Source: Callorhinchus milii (lineage: Eukaryota). From it: a DNA stretch of 64,000 bases. The stretch lies in contig NW_024704752.1 in the NCBI RefSeq assembly GCF_018977255.1, positions 19,344,001 through 19,408,000 on the forward strand, in the 5' to 3' direction. The position numbers and the translations under genes are program-made. Below the pieces are notes generated by a model. The model saw only the letters and a program-made list of their open reading frames with translations. It did not search any database and was not told the origin of the DNA. Positions 25,733 to 38,359 of the stretch are shown piece by piece (position 1 is the first letter of the stretch; the number at the start of each line of letters is the position of its first letter).

Positions 25733-26030
25733 CAACCTATGTGTGGTCTTTGCTGGTTAGACTCCAGCAGTTACCCCAACGCACACTCTGGGGTCCCCAA
25801 GCCTCGGCACTTGCCAATCTGCGCCTAATACTCTCTGGAATTAGGTAAACAGAATGCGTCCCTCCAGGGGGGGAGAGAGAGAGAGAGTGAGCGCATTCCA
25901 TTCCAACAATCTCTCTCTGGGATTTCCATGTGTGTGTGGGTTACATGCAAACCTCAGCTTGGTTTGGAGACTCTTAAACAACGGTGATGGGTTTCCACAT
26001 GTGTCAGACACCCGGCTGAACAAAAAAACA
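25733..26030 (+). mobile_element. Unclassified ~290-nt interspersed element, copy 1
   Basis: Colinear reverse-complement homology with 52568-52865; ends in an A-run. Confidence 0.75.
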
Positions 26031-26297
26031 ACAAAAAAAACAATACATTTACATTTATATAGCGCTTTCCACATTGGGAGGGTATCCCAAGGTGCAAAAC
26101 AGTCAGTTTTAAGATTGCCTTGTTACATTTCCTTGGACTATTGTCCCCCATTGATTTAAAAAAAACTTTTGGTTTTTAATTCTCTTATCCTTGTCATCCT
26201 GAAATAATATTATCTGATTTATCTTCTTTACTTATCTGTAAGTTATATTCTATAGGACATTTTTATACAGATGTAGTACATAATGTGCATATATACA

Positions 26298-26378
26298 CTG
26301 TGTGTGTGTAGGTGTGTGTGTGAGTGAGTGTAGGTGTAGGTGTGTGTGTGTAGGTGTGTGTGTGTGGGTGTGTGTGAT
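26298..26378. repeat. (TG)n compound microsatellite with TAGG interruptions
   Basis: Seen directly. Confidence 0.9.
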
Positions 26379-26761
26379 TGTGTATAATTGCTCATTTTGA
26401 CCATATGTAAGACATATTCAGGAATAAGCAATCGATCTTAAAATTGTTAAGGCAACAGCTAATTTTCAGAGAGTAGAGAAACAGAAGCTCGGAACCTCAA
26501 CACGTGCCTTATCACAACAACAGGTTACAGAAGGGGAAGCACTGAAGGCTGAAGTATGATTAATTGATGCCGGTGACATGACTGCAAAACGTACATGTCA
26601 CAACAGCTCTTTGTCAAGGGATGCAAAGCTTCATGACGAGGGGAAGCACCTCTTTGCTGGCAGGTCCACGCTCATTTACAAAGTAAACAAATCATAGGTT
26701 CAAAACACTTTGTGCTGAGTCAGACACTCGCTTGCTTCACTTGGTCTGTAAATGGGGGAAG

Positions 26762-26952
26762 CACACAAGCAGAAAAGACCTTTGTGGTCCATCTAGCCGG
26801 TGCCATTAATGGGGGAACAATAATGCAGCATTACACCATTGTAGCTCTCTCACTGATCGATCGATTATTTCTTTGCTCCATCGCTCTTGAATTTGCTAAC
26901 GGTTTCTGCCTCCACCTCCTCCCTAGATAGTGTCTGCTCTACATTTTCACCA
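26762..26952 (-). mobile_element. Old CR1 3' fragment
   Basis: Minus strand resembles EVEAETVSKFKSDG plus a CTAGATGGACC 3' UTR motif. Confidence 0.5.
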
Positions 26953-27219
26953 AGCTTTTATAGTCGGACGTTAGAATCAATGTGTCTTTATTTTGAAGCA
27001 AATTCCTAAAGAACCGAATACCTTTTAATACCTTTAAAAGGTTATTATACCGAACCTTTTAATGCTGCAATGTTCTACTATCATCGTATCTGTTGTGCAC
27101 ATTCCTCAGTGGATTTCCTTACATCTCGCACAAAATAATCACCAGCGCTATTCAATATGAGATATCTTATGTTAGAAATATACTTTTCTCAGGTTCCACA
27201 TTTTCTCTCAAGACGTGAC

Positions 27220-27487
27220 AAACAATACAATTTACATGAATACAGTGTCTTTCACCTCAGGCAGATGTCTCAAAGCGCTTCACACAGCACCCGAGCTGTC
27301 GTGGGGGGTGAAGAGGGGAACTGAGACGGGTGGGGAAGGGAAGATGACCAAAACCATGGTTGAAGAAGTCATCTTAAAGCAGGCTTTAAAAGTGTGTGTG
27401 TGGGGCGGGGGTTCGGGGGTTGGGGGGGGGAGGGGGTGGGCGCAGGAGGCGAAGTGAAGAGACTCTGGGATGGAGTTCCAGAGAGTG
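27220..27487 (-). mobile_element. L2 LINE 3' fragment
   Basis: Same family as 21236-21513 (CTCTGGAACTCCATCCCAGAGTCTCT = LWNSIPESL). Confidence 0.75.
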
Positions 27488-28186
27488 TGTCATTTTTTTT
27501 TGTGTGGTGTTTAAGCTCTGAGCTGCCAAACATATCCTGTCACCTTCTGTGAGTGATCAGAGATGTTCCTATCTTCTTTTGTACAGTACATTCTGTGCTA
27601 TGTGACTTTGTGCCTCCCAGTCCTGCACAGAATTTTGATTGCAAGTCATATATCTCCACATAGAACAAACGCTCTGTGGAATTTTTTTTAGTAGAATAGA
27701 AGAGCACAACTCCTGGCTGGAGTCACCTGCAGGGCATCGCAAACCTAAGCAGCAATCACATCTCCTTGGTTGAATAGTGCATTATGTATTATGTCGTATT
27801 ACACGATTCCAGGGGTTTGGCAGTCGAACAGACTTGTCTCGTGAGTCAGGGCCTGACTGGTATAATTCCATCCCCATACCCCCCGACCCCATCCTTCCCT
27901 CCAACAAATCACTCGTTCCTTTTCTCACACCACTTCTTGTTAAAAGGCCATGTGGAGCCAGGGGCCTCCAACTTGTTTTATCCATAAAGTACTGGAATAA
28001 TGATTAGTGAACCACAGAAAACATGGCAGAAGTAATTCCATCAATGGAATCTCCAACTGACTAACTCAGTCAATCAATATCCTCCAACCAACTGCTTACA
28101 TTAAACTGTTCATTTCCCAAGTAGCCAACCGTGCATACGGCTGTTCATATCTGGTACTTTTGCTTATTTGGTAGATTTCTTTTCAA

Positions 28187-28365
28187 CAATTCTTGGATTT
28201 CATATAGCACCTTATCTTCACTTCAAGATGTCTCAAAGCGCTTCGCAGAACATACTATAAAGTGTAGTGACTGTATATTTTGTGGGTAAAACGGGGCAGC
28301 CAATTGTGCACGGCAGCGTCCCACAAACAGTTGTGGATTGAGAGACCAAATTAATATTATTATTA
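28187..28365 (-). mobile_element. SINE-A 3' half
   Basis: Central and tail blocks. Confidence 0.87.
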
Positions 28366-28554
28366 ATATTATTTTGCTCTCTTTGAGCTTTGCTTTCCTA
28401 AAGTACACAATTGCCATTATTTGATTTTGTCCGTACTCATGGTGTGTCTAACAAACTGCCATTTTAAAGGATAAATAGTATGCAAATTTAGATTAAAAAT
28501 AAGATTTTTTTATACTTGCTGTAGAAAAGGTGTGGAAAACATCAACAAGTGTAA

Positions 28555-28760
28555 AGTTCTGAACTGTGAAGGCAGATTAGGGAAATTTTGAGCTTTAAGA
28601 TCTGGAAAGAAGGCAGTTAAGGAGGGATTTCATTGAAGTATATCAAATATTAAATAATGTAATAAACCCAGGACTATTTCTTCAAAGCAAGGCAAAAAAA
28701 TCAGTGTCACCAGTGGATAGAAGTGGAAATTGTAAAAGGTTAATTTAGTACAGATATGTG
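28555..28760 (+). mobile_element. Old CR1 ORF2 fragment
   Basis: LERRQLRRDFIEVYQIL matches the CR1 LERRRLRGDLIEVYKI motif. Confidence 0.7.
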
Positions 28761-28842
28761 CGCTGTGGTCCAAGAGTCCTATCTATGAAGGGGAACTTAA
28801 GAGTTCCTAGTATAGGGAACCATTGCCTGCAATTCTGACAAA

Positions 28843-29001
28843 TATAATAATAATATAATAACCTTTGCATTTGATATAGCCCCTTATCATGTCTTCGAGA
28901 CGTCTCAAAGCGAGATATACTGTAAAGAGCAGTGACCATGTGTTTTATGTTTGCAATTTGCGTCAGCCATTTGTGCACAGCAGCGTCCCCACCAACAGTT
29001 C
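28843..29001 (-). mobile_element. SINE-A 3' half
   Basis: Tail and central blocks. Confidence 0.8.
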
Positions 29002-29751
29002 CCATCTATTCACTCCGTTGCTTTTGTGACTGAAACCTTGCAGCTTGTTCACGTGCCTGATGTCGGGTTATCTCAGATCGATGGCGCTGCTCATCTATTT
29101 GTACTGTTCCGCGGGAGATAGAGCATTGGCTTTTTAGTTTCTTAATCTCCATTCTTTAGTGCCGGGGACCAGTCGATATCTCCGCAGGCAAGTTCAGCTC
29201 TTGTGTTACTGTGAAGTGTTGTCCTTAGAAGGCAGTGCCGCAGTGAAGCACCCATATTGTGAACCCTAAAATACCAGTGGCAGTATTCCCTTTGATCTTC
29301 CAGACATTCACTTTGCACATCTTAATGGCCAGACAGTGGGGGAAAGAGATCAATCACGTGTGAGTGACGGTTTGAGGGTTGTAACTTGTTTCAGAGGTTG
29401 AGTCGGAAGGCAAAAAGGGGGTGAAAAGACAAGTCGAAGAGATCAGTGCAATAGCTTGGAACGTAAACAGAATGAGAAGTTCTCAGGTCTTCTCTTTCAC
29501 GTGCAGACTGCCTTTTTGTCTTTGTCTCTGTGCCACCGCACCTTAACAGAGCAGAATTTGAGCCAAACTACCTGTGGGAAAGAATGTAAGATGCTGTGAC
29601 TTTTTTTTCACACAGTCTCTCTTTATAATTATTACCAAATGTGTTGCTTTTTTTTCCCCCGATTGCATCCTGAAATGACGAAAAGGGGGATATTTATAAA
29701 TGGAAAGGCTCTCTCGGTTCAATTTGCAGTCTATCGCCATGTGCCAGTCTT

Positions 29752-30207
29752 CTTATAATAATCTTTGCATTTGTTACAGTGCTTTAACATCGAGTTGCCA
29801 TCCGGCGTGGAGGGCGCTATATAAATACAAGTTGTTGTTGTTGTTTAACACGTTGTCGAGATGTCCCAAAACAAAATGCTTCACCGGAGTTTTTTTTTAT
29901 TGTGAAGCGTATTTGTGGGGGCAACATGGCAGCTAATTTGCACACCGCCATGAAATCAATGACCAGTTTTTCTCCCGGAGCATTGTTGGCCAGGATACCG
30001 GGAGAGAGAAATTCCCTTCTCTTTTCGAGTCGAGTCGCGTGATCTTTATCGTCTACCCGATCAGGCAAACGGGACCTCGGTTTAACGACTCATCTGGATG
30101 ATGGCATCTCTGATGATGAGGCGTTAGGCAAACACCTAGCATTGTGTTGGTACGTCACCTTTAGACTGTGAGCTCGGAGGTCAGAGTGCTATCAACTGAG
30201 CCAGAGC
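29752..30207 (-). mobile_element. Near full-length Deu-domain SINE containing a 54-nt L2 3' insertion (29790-29843)
   Basis: Head CTGGCTCAGTTGATAGCACTCTGACCTC, Deu block GGGACCTCGGTTTAACGACTCATCTGGATGATGGCATCTC; TSD TTTAACA around the L2 piece. Confidence 0.82.
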
Positions 30208-30544
30208 AATCTTTCAAGGAACAGCCTCATTTGATTCGGTGGAGAGGAAAAACAAAAGCAGATTGATTTAAAACGTATCGGCTTGGTTTAGAGACATGGA
30301 GCAAGTTGATTCCGAGCTGTAACTTACTCAGGAGTAAGATTGGATTGAGTCGGGTTTCATGGGTGAAATGAAGAGTGACGAGGAATGTTGTATGACCCAT
30401 GTCTTCAACGAGCTGAAAGGAATGGGTAAGGCGGAGGTGCACAGACTATTTAACTTAGACACTGAACTCCTTACTGGAAAGAACAAGTATCAAATGACCC
30501 TGAGTGGCTGGACTGGATGAGACAAATAGAAAACAAACAAGTCT

Positions 30545-30700
30545 AAAATGAGTCTGGAGATAAGAGAAATTTGTTTCCCAGAAAATAGTGATTTGTGGAA
30601 CAGACTTCCAATGACATCAGTTTACACTGTGAAGACCATTAAATCTGACTTCTAAAAAACATCCAGAAAACACCATCAGGATTGAAGGTTACAAGTATAA
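30545..30700 (+). mobile_element. Old CR1 ORF2 C-terminal fragment
   Basis: KRNLFPRK..DLWNRLP resembles RRNFFSQRVV.LWNRLP. Confidence 0.45.
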
Positions 30701-31092
30701 GCAGAGACACCGCTCGTCAAATACTATATGGAACCTGATGATTTCCGAGCTTTTGAGGCCCTGGAAATGTCATTCTGTGAAAATCGCCTCATCAGTAATG
30801 AATAAAGTAGGTTATAAGGGAAGAGAGATGCTGAAGGTTTGACCACCTCAGAGGCAGGAGGAAGAAAGTTCAATGAACCTCCCCTGAATTAAATTAATTA
30901 CAATGAATATAAGCCACGACAGGATAAATTGTCCATGGTTTGTGGAAGGTGCAGCTTCATGGCTGTATAGCCTTTTCATGTCCTGTGCTTTTTTGGGAGA
31001 AAAAAGTCGTTTTGAGGGGAACAAAAACAATTCCTATTTCATTACTTGCCCGGGTTTATTGCACTGCTAACAGCTACAGAAGAAAAAAAGAT

Positions 31093-31266
31093 GTGGTCTC
31101 TCAATTCATGACTGTTTGTGGGGACGCCTCTGTGTGCAATTGGCTGTCGTGTTTCGCCCACAAAATATACAGTCAATTCACTTTACAGTATATTCTGTGA
31201 AGCGCTTTGAGACGTCTCGAAGACGTGATAAGGCGCTATATCAAATACAAAGATTATTATTGTTAT
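31093..31266 (+). mobile_element. SINE-A 3' half, near consensus
   Basis: Central and tail blocks. Confidence 0.9.
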
Positions 31267-31640
31267 ATAAGCTGAGCCTGCTCAATGTAGCAAAACTGTA
31301 ATTTTTGTGTTTTTTCCTTAATACGTTGTGCTTCCAACCAGATACCTACTGGTGAGAGTGTGACATTTCAAATAAGCCGAGAACATTTGGGCTTTTACGT
31401 AAAAGTATAGCACTACGCAAACACATGTCTGTGCATTGTTTATTACATACTGGGTCACTTCAGTATTCCTGCACACTCTGGCAGTGGATTACACTCTGCC
31501 CCAGAGAACCCACCACTAAAAATACTTTTGGACAAACTACAGTGTGGTGTGGAAGCAGAAGAGATTGAAATCTGTGGAGAATTTGGATGAAATCTGCGGG
31601 GCTTGGGGTGAAACTTGTGGCACTTTCTTTAAAAATAAAA

Positions 31641-31693
31641 ACACACGCACACACCCACACTCACGTACACGCACGCACACACACAAACGCACA
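31641..31693. repeat. Imperfect (CA)n/(CACG)n microsatellite
   Basis: Seen directly. Confidence 0.85.
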
Positions 31694-32164
31694 TAAAAAA
31701 ACAACCTCACTCAATATCTTTGGAGGAATGTGCGTGCACTAGATGATGTAGTTCAATCCCTCGTCAGTTCTGGGTTCGATGATGTCAGCCAGAAGCAGCA
31801 GCGGGAATATCACGAGAATGTTTCTCAGTCTCCCAGAGTAAAGGGAGCGGGAAGTTCATTCCGGAGTTCAACACCTGCATTGGCAGGATGGTGGAGGGTG
31901 AACTGGATGGACCTTTGGTCTTCTTTCGCCTGGCAAACTCTTGTGTACCTGCATTGCTATCCAGGGCACCTGTCCAGACCTTGCAGGAGGAGCAAGTTAA
32001 ATGCTTTGCGTTTGAAATAAGGCCTTTCATGTCAGGAGGACGCCGCGAGCTGCACAGGATTTACTGAAAGGTCTCGTGACGGTGTATTTGAAAATCAAAG
32101 CAAGGCAATAAATGAAACAATGGATGTTGTTGTTTAGCAACGATGCCAGTGGGAGTTTTCAGAC

Positions 32165-32183
32165 TGACCAGCAGATGGCAAAG
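32165..32183 (+). promoter_or_regulatory. Candidate CTCF motif
   Basis: TGACCAGCAGATGGCAAA fits the CCASYAGRKGGC core; motif match only. Confidence 0.3.
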
Positions 32184-32377
32184 TAAAAACAGATTGTGGT
32201 CTTGTTTGTGAGGTTGAGCTGTGAGCCGCAACAAATATTCTCAATTGGGTCTGACTTTTGATTTATTTGTTATTTAACCGTGGGATTCAAGGTATTTCTA
32301 TAACCTAGTTTGTCCCTCTTTCTCCTCTCAAATGACAACACCAACAACTTGCATTTATATTGCATTGTTCAGACACA

Positions 32378-32642
32378 ATAATAATAATAATAATAATAAT
32401 AATAATCCTGGCATTTGATATTGTGCGTTATCACATTGGTTCAAAGCGCTTCTCAGAATATCCTGTAAAGTGAATTCATTGTACATTTTGTGGGCGAAAT
32501 GCAGAAGCCAACTGCACACAGCAGCGTCCCACAGACCGTCGTGGATTTTTGTTTTGGGGGAGGACTCATTACCCCCGGAAAACGTGATCCACCAATCTGT
32601 TTGCCAGGTAAACAGTGGAGTAAGGAAACTTGCCTAAGGTTT
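32378..32642 (-). mobile_element. SINE-A with expanded (AAT)n tail
   Basis: Tail, central and CORE-like blocks. Confidence 0.85.
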
Positions 32643-33171
32643 AAATACATTGTGCCAGGTTCAAATTCATTAGCAATGGACTGGCTTCCAGGGTGGGTGG
32701 CACAGTATTTAGCTGCTGGAATGTTGTAATGTGCTTCAACACTTGAAGGAATTCTGTGCCACTTGTTTCTATTTGTCATGTCCAAGCTGCAATGGCAGGT
32801 CATTTTAACAAGGGCATGTGTCCTTTCCAAAGTTAAAGAAATTCTTTTTTTTAAAAAAAATCCCTTTGTCATTGAGACTGGTAAATCCAGTTTTCATTCA
32901 GGATTTAAAACGCTTTGTTAACAGGGAGAAAGAGAAGTTCCGCAGACAATGGGAGTCTATGGAGATTAGCAAATTGTACTGATCGGTGGAAAATCATCAC
33001 CCACGGATTTCTCTAAACCCCCGACAAAAAAGTGGTTACTTTCCTCGTTTCGCAAAGCCACGTCTAATGGAGCAACAAAGAAAAAAAAAGCTGCTTTTCT
33101 CACTCTTTTCATCAGATTTAAAATGTGATACCAGTTTGAGACCCTGAGCCATCAGGCACCATCTGGGTTGG

Positions 33172-33306
33172 AAACATAGAAGCAGGAGGAGGCCATTCAG
33201 CCCCTCGAGCCCGTTCCCTCATTCTATAAGATCATGGCTGATCTGTACCTCAACTCCAATTACCCGCCCTTGCCCTGCACCCCTTACTACCCAGACCTAA
33301 CAAAGA
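33172..33306 (-). mobile_element. CR1 LINE 3' UTR
   Basis: CATAGAAGCAGGAGGAGGCCATTCAGCCCCTCGAGCC..GATCATGGCTGATCTGTACCTCAACTCC, typical of chondrichthyan CR1 ends. Confidence 0.8.
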
Positions 33307-33837
33307 GCCCTGGCCAGTCTGTTAGCTCTGGAATAAGAAGACTTCTCTGTAAGATGAGATATTAAGGCAAGTCCACTGAGCTCGTGTCCATCTTTCTAAG
33401 CAAACTATCCCTCAGTCTGCCCATCTGTTCTCACTGGGAGCAGCAGGATGCATCACTGCTGTTCTTTTCCATAATCTATAATTTAACTGATGATTTCAAT
33501 GTTTCAATGTCCCTGGACTCGGGCTATCCAACTAGAGATAATTGGAGGTTTTTCACTTGCATGGTGGCTGATAGGCTGGACTTGTCTGCTCTGTTTTCAA
33601 CTGCAGAATACACAGTCACTACACTTTACAATATGGAACCCTTTGCGATATCCGCCTGATATGAAAGACACAATGTCAAATGTGAGGATTATTATTTTTG
33701 GATATTCTCTTCAAGTTTTGCTGCAGCATCTTGCATTTGCAATGGGATTATTTAAGGATTGTGGCGAGGGGAAGGGTTACCTCGGGATCCAGCCACAGCC
33801 CAAGGGCCAGGCTTACTTAATTTCAACATTTCAAAGA

Positions 33838-33960
33838 ATTATTGTTGGCCAGGATAAGGGGAGAAACTCCCTTCTCTTATCGAATAGCGCCACGGGATCT
33901 TTAACGTCCACCTGGACAGGCAGATGTGACCTTGGTTTAACATCTCATTTGAAGGACAGG
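33838..33960 (-). mobile_element. Deu-domain SINE central fragment
   Basis: TTGGCCAGGA..GAGAAACTCCCTTCTCTT..GGGATCTTTAACGTCCACCTG..CCTTGGTTTAACATCTCATTTGAAGGAC. Similar pieces at about 35985-36040 and 41510-41635. Confidence 0.78.
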
Positions 33961-35746
33961 AAAGATCTCAACCTATTGTTACACAAACACCTGAAAGTCG
34001 TAGAGTGTTGATTTACACCAGCCGGAGTGGACTGCTCAGACTGCTCGGTCACTAACTATAGGAAGGATTAGGGTTGTGTTAGTGAAGTCTGGGTCAATTG
34101 AAAGTTGTATTGGTGATCGTTGGGCTGATCAAAGCCTTTGTCAGTTTTATATCTGTACCTTATGACCCTGTGTCTTGGGAAGATTAAGAACATCATCCCA
34201 GCAGACATTGCGTTGATGAAATGAAATGGCTTCACAGCCCCCAGTGAGTGTCACAATCCGAGCAGGTGACAATAAGACACCTTATCTCCCTCTATATGTT
34301 TAAATGATGAGAGCAGTGACAGCTCAAGAAAGCGTCTGTAACATTAGCAATCTGCTTAATGGAGTATCATTTTGCTAAAGTGTGTAATTGAGTTCACTTT
34401 TAAAAGAGATGGGACAGGATTTAAATTAATTTAAAAAATCATGAACTGTTCTTAAACTATTGAGGTCGGTGGCAAATGAGAAGGGTGCATTTGGTGTCGG
34501 ACTAATTTGATGGTGCCTAAAAGCGAGTGATTTGAAACAAACGTGTCTGGCTTTGGCTTTGACACGATTGAGGTCAAGTGAGCGAGAAGAAAAGGTGTCC
34601 GTCCGTCAGGATATGTTTTATTTATTTTAAAACTGATTCCGTGGAAGCCTCCTGTCTCGTCTCCTGTACGCAACAGTGTTCCTTGAATTTGCACATGCAG
34701 GAGAAGCCTTCAACAATAACAGCAACAACTTCCATTTATATCGCGCTCTTCACGTGGAATCACTTGACAATGGCGGAGTCTGACCCCGAGCCCGACCGTA
34801 AGTAAGCACATTATTTAGCTAGACATTGTGTAGACATGCGCGTTGGTGTCTATGTGTGTGTCTGCCCTGCAGTTGAATAAGTCAGAGTAGGTGTGTTAGA
34901 ATCCTAAATGTGTTATTGCTTGAAATATTATTTGGGTTCAGTTAGAAATGCTTATGTTACCGTACTTTTGAACTCAACAGGTGAAAAGTCTTCGCTTGAC
35001 AATCCGTTGTTAAGCTCCATGATTTATTTCCCACTGTTCTCGTGCCCAGACTAACTATTTGCCTTTATGTCCAATGAAACGTTTTTACTGTCGACTGCTG
35101 TTTTTCATATGAAATGTTACTGCACTCCAACTAATGCTGGAGTCTTAACTGAAACGTTTCTATCTTTCTGACGGAACAGTTTGTACAACCTAGCAAACAG
35201 ATGGCGTAGATCAAGGTTACCACAGTCTGAGGGCATTAAAACAAACCGAAAATTAGATTTGAGGGTTGGCCTGTGATAGTTTTGAGATTTATGAATTAGG
35301 TTAGCCAAAGCTCTGAAATACTTATTTATTTAACGTGGCTCTGATACATGAAGTAGATATTGCATAGAATTAATACACTGACATTTATATCCATCCTTGT
35401 TCATTTGTGCCCCGAAGTGTCTCGTTCAGGTGCCACTTGATTTACCCAACATCTCTGCAAAGAAGCCTCCACACAAGCTATCATTACTACTGCAGAGAAT
35501 GTCCTCTAGAGTTGGCTCATGTGAAACCTCCAGGAAATACAAGAACAAATTGATGATGACAATTGCGAGATTATTGCATTCGAGCACACAATATGCTACA
35601 ACACAACACAGATTTAAATTTACATTTATATTGCGCCTTTCATGTCAGGAGGACATCCCAAGGTGCTTAACAGAACTGGCTTGGCCTCCGGGTTGGGGGT
35701 AAGAGCCAAGAGCTTCCTCGGTTTGATAAAAGAATATCTTAAATAT

Positions 35747-35886
35747 TAATAATAAATAATAATCTTTGCATTTGATATAGCACCTTATCACATCTTCGAG
35801 ACGTCTCAAAGCAATTCACAGAATATACTGTAAGTGAATTGACTGTGTATTTTGTGGGCGAAACTCAGCAGCCAATTGCGCACACA
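35747..35886 (-). mobile_element. SINE-A 3' fragment
   Basis: Tail consensus; additional tail fragments at about 33606-33697 and 36593-36694 (+). Confidence 0.85.
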
Positions 35887-37121
35887 AAATATATACATTC
35901 AGTACTAATATTAAATACTAAAGCATATCCTTATACCAAACCTTGCAGCTTATCCCCATGTGAACTGATGCAGTTTTACACGAACGTCCACCTGAACAGG
36001 CAGACAGGACCTTGGTTTAGAACCTCATCCGAAGGAAGGTCCAAGAATATGATGCTTTCCCCCCTCACTCCCTCTCCTACAGCAGGGGTCCTTTTTAAGA
36101 CACCTTTTCGAAGTTTATTTTAGACTCTCTAAGGTTCTACACTCCCTCTGGACTCGTGCATCAGTTCTGAGTGAGCACACAGACCATTGTCAATATTGCT
36201 TTTGAGAATATATAAAACAGGGTCTCAAGGTGATTCTTCAGTCAGTGTCTCTTTCAACATCACTGGCTGAGATTGGAACTCGCCTCGGGAGTGCTTTGAT
36301 AAAATATCTGGTGTGGAAGGGATTCTTAGATGGGAATTCTGTAAGAAATGGCATGAAAAGTTGTTTCAAAGCACCAGAATGCAATGAAAAATGATCTGTA
36401 TGTGAGTCCAGGTGTCTGTTACCTTTAAGGTTAACACTTTCTGAATTATTAAACGCTGTTTTACATGTTTAAAAATAGTAACAGCTGCAGAATAATATTT
36501 GGCATATTTTCTGTATATAAATTCTATCCACAAAGTGTGAAATATATGCAACAGCAGTCGGATACACTGCAATTATTTGTGTTTTTTCAGCTACAAAATA
36601 CAGTCACTATACCTTATACTAAATCCTGTGAAGTTCTTTGAGATGTCCTCCTGATGTGAAAGGCACTATATCAAAAGTAAGGATTATTATTATTTTTTGC
36701 ACAATTGCTTGAAGTGGCATGCACATATTTTTATTTTGATGTTGGAAACTGCCCTCTATTTCCAGGGAAGCACATTTTATACTCTGAAAGCTATCATAAA
36801 CTAGATTTATATGTGCGTGTGTAATACATTGCACTATTTATGAATAGACACCAATAAAACAAATGCTTTTCCTGTACTGTTCAAGGAGGAAGATAGAAAA
36901 GGATCTGTGGACTCTGAATTAGGGCCTAAACCACGCATGAAATTAGTTGGATTAAATGGTCTTTTGTTATTCCAATCACTCTAGGCTCTTTTGTTATCTA
37001 ACCTGGAATTAAACCTGCAGGGAAGGCACATGTTAAGATCGTAAGAATGCTGTGAATTGCATTGCTGTTATCAATTACGCCTTAACAATTAAACAAGTAC
37101 AGTAATTAACAATTAAACAGC

Positions 37122-37320
37122 ACTCCGTAGCGTAGTGGTTGGAGCCCTTGCCTCGCAAGCGAGAGGATTCGGGTTTGATTCCCGGCCAGCGTGAAACCTT
37201 AGGCAAGTTACCTTACTCCATATGCCTCTGTTTTCCCAGCAGTAAGTAAGAACCCGGTTGTCAGTCTCGACGATGTGCTAAGGCACTATATCAAATGCAA
37301 GGATTATTATTATTATTATT
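37122..37320 (+). mobile_element. SINE-A, internally deleted, intact tRNA-like head
   Basis: CTCCGTAGCGTAGTGGTTGGAGCCCTTGCCTCGCAAGCGAGAGGATTCGGGTTTGATTCCCGG, CORE-like block, tail. Confidence 0.87.
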
Positions 37321-38081
37321 TGGCAGAGAGTAAGGACTCAGGAGATCAATGTTTAATAATTGACTTGCCTGTGTGGACACGTAGGCATTGTCTGGAACCC
37401 TACAAGTGTTGTGCTCAGAATGATAACTAACCTAGCATATTTTCTTACAATATCGCCTGAATTCTTCCTGTAATAGTCATACCTTTACAGCCTTTACAGT
37501 CAATAATTCTAACAAATGTTGGGAATGCTGTCCATTTGTGAGCATGGACGGGAGGGAGGGAGGGAGGAAGCACAGGTGAGAAGTACTACTGAGTTCCCAG
37601 CAACTCAAAGCTCTATCCATGACCTTCAACCATGGCTTCCAACTAATAGCCAAGAGAAAAGATGACATTTTACTCTATGCATTAGTGATGATCTTACTGC
37701 TGGAACGTGGTAATTTACTGCAGCATATTAAAAACTCACTGCAGTGAAATATCACTTGGAAGGGCCAGTGAAAGGCAGCCCACGTTTAAAAGCGCTGGGT
37801 GCCGCAATGAATAAAGTGCAGACTTAAAAGAATATCATTCCAGCTGACACCGTGTTAATGATTTCCTTTCACACTCCTGAAAGATGCCGGATTATGTGGC
37901 TTCACCAATGGGCCGGCTATATTTATCTTGTACATTATCCCACCGTTTGGTGGCAAAGGCTCCTTACAATGAGCACAGTTGAGGTGGATGGTGTGCGCCC
38001 TCTAAATAAATAGTGTATTACTAGCACTGAGCTGCTTAGTATTGTGCAAAACAATACTGTTTCCTCCTTTGGTAACTTGAA

Positions 38082-38359
38082 CAACAACACCAACAACTTG
38101 CATTTACACAGCGCCCTTCACGCGGGGTAGCAGCTCGGAGTGCTTGACCGTGGCGGAGTCTAACCCTGAGCCAAGGGGAGAGGGAGGGGGGAGGTGACCG
38201 TAAGCACGATCATAAAGGAAGGTCCTTAGGCGGGATTTGACAGTGGGGAGGGAGGGAGGGAGGGGGTGAGGCGGAGGGATTGAGGGAGAGAGCTCCAGAG
38301 TTTCAGAGTGTGGTGGCTGAAGGCACGGCCGCTGATGGTGGGGTGGAGGGGACGAGGGA
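38082..38359 (-). mobile_element. L2 LINE 3' fragment
   Basis: VPRPLHPTISGRAFSHHTLKLWSSLPQSLRLTPSL / VKSRLRTFLYDRAY; (TTG)n tail. Confidence 0.88.

Noticed and set aside
30734-30770. CTGATGA..GGAAA hammerhead-like string
   Set aside because: The GAAA is consumed by the putative stem II; no stem III or cleavage triplet geometry.
33490-34011. 173-aa ORF; likewise 1529-2008 and the many ORFs ending [23 protein letters not shown]
   Set aside because: They run through SINE copies; the recurring peptide is translated SINE consensus, not a protein family.
37122-37195. tRNA-like sequences (also 6720, 20470, 38550, 45949)
   Set aside because: SINE heads: continuous with the SINE body, no proper acceptor stem or Pol III terminator.
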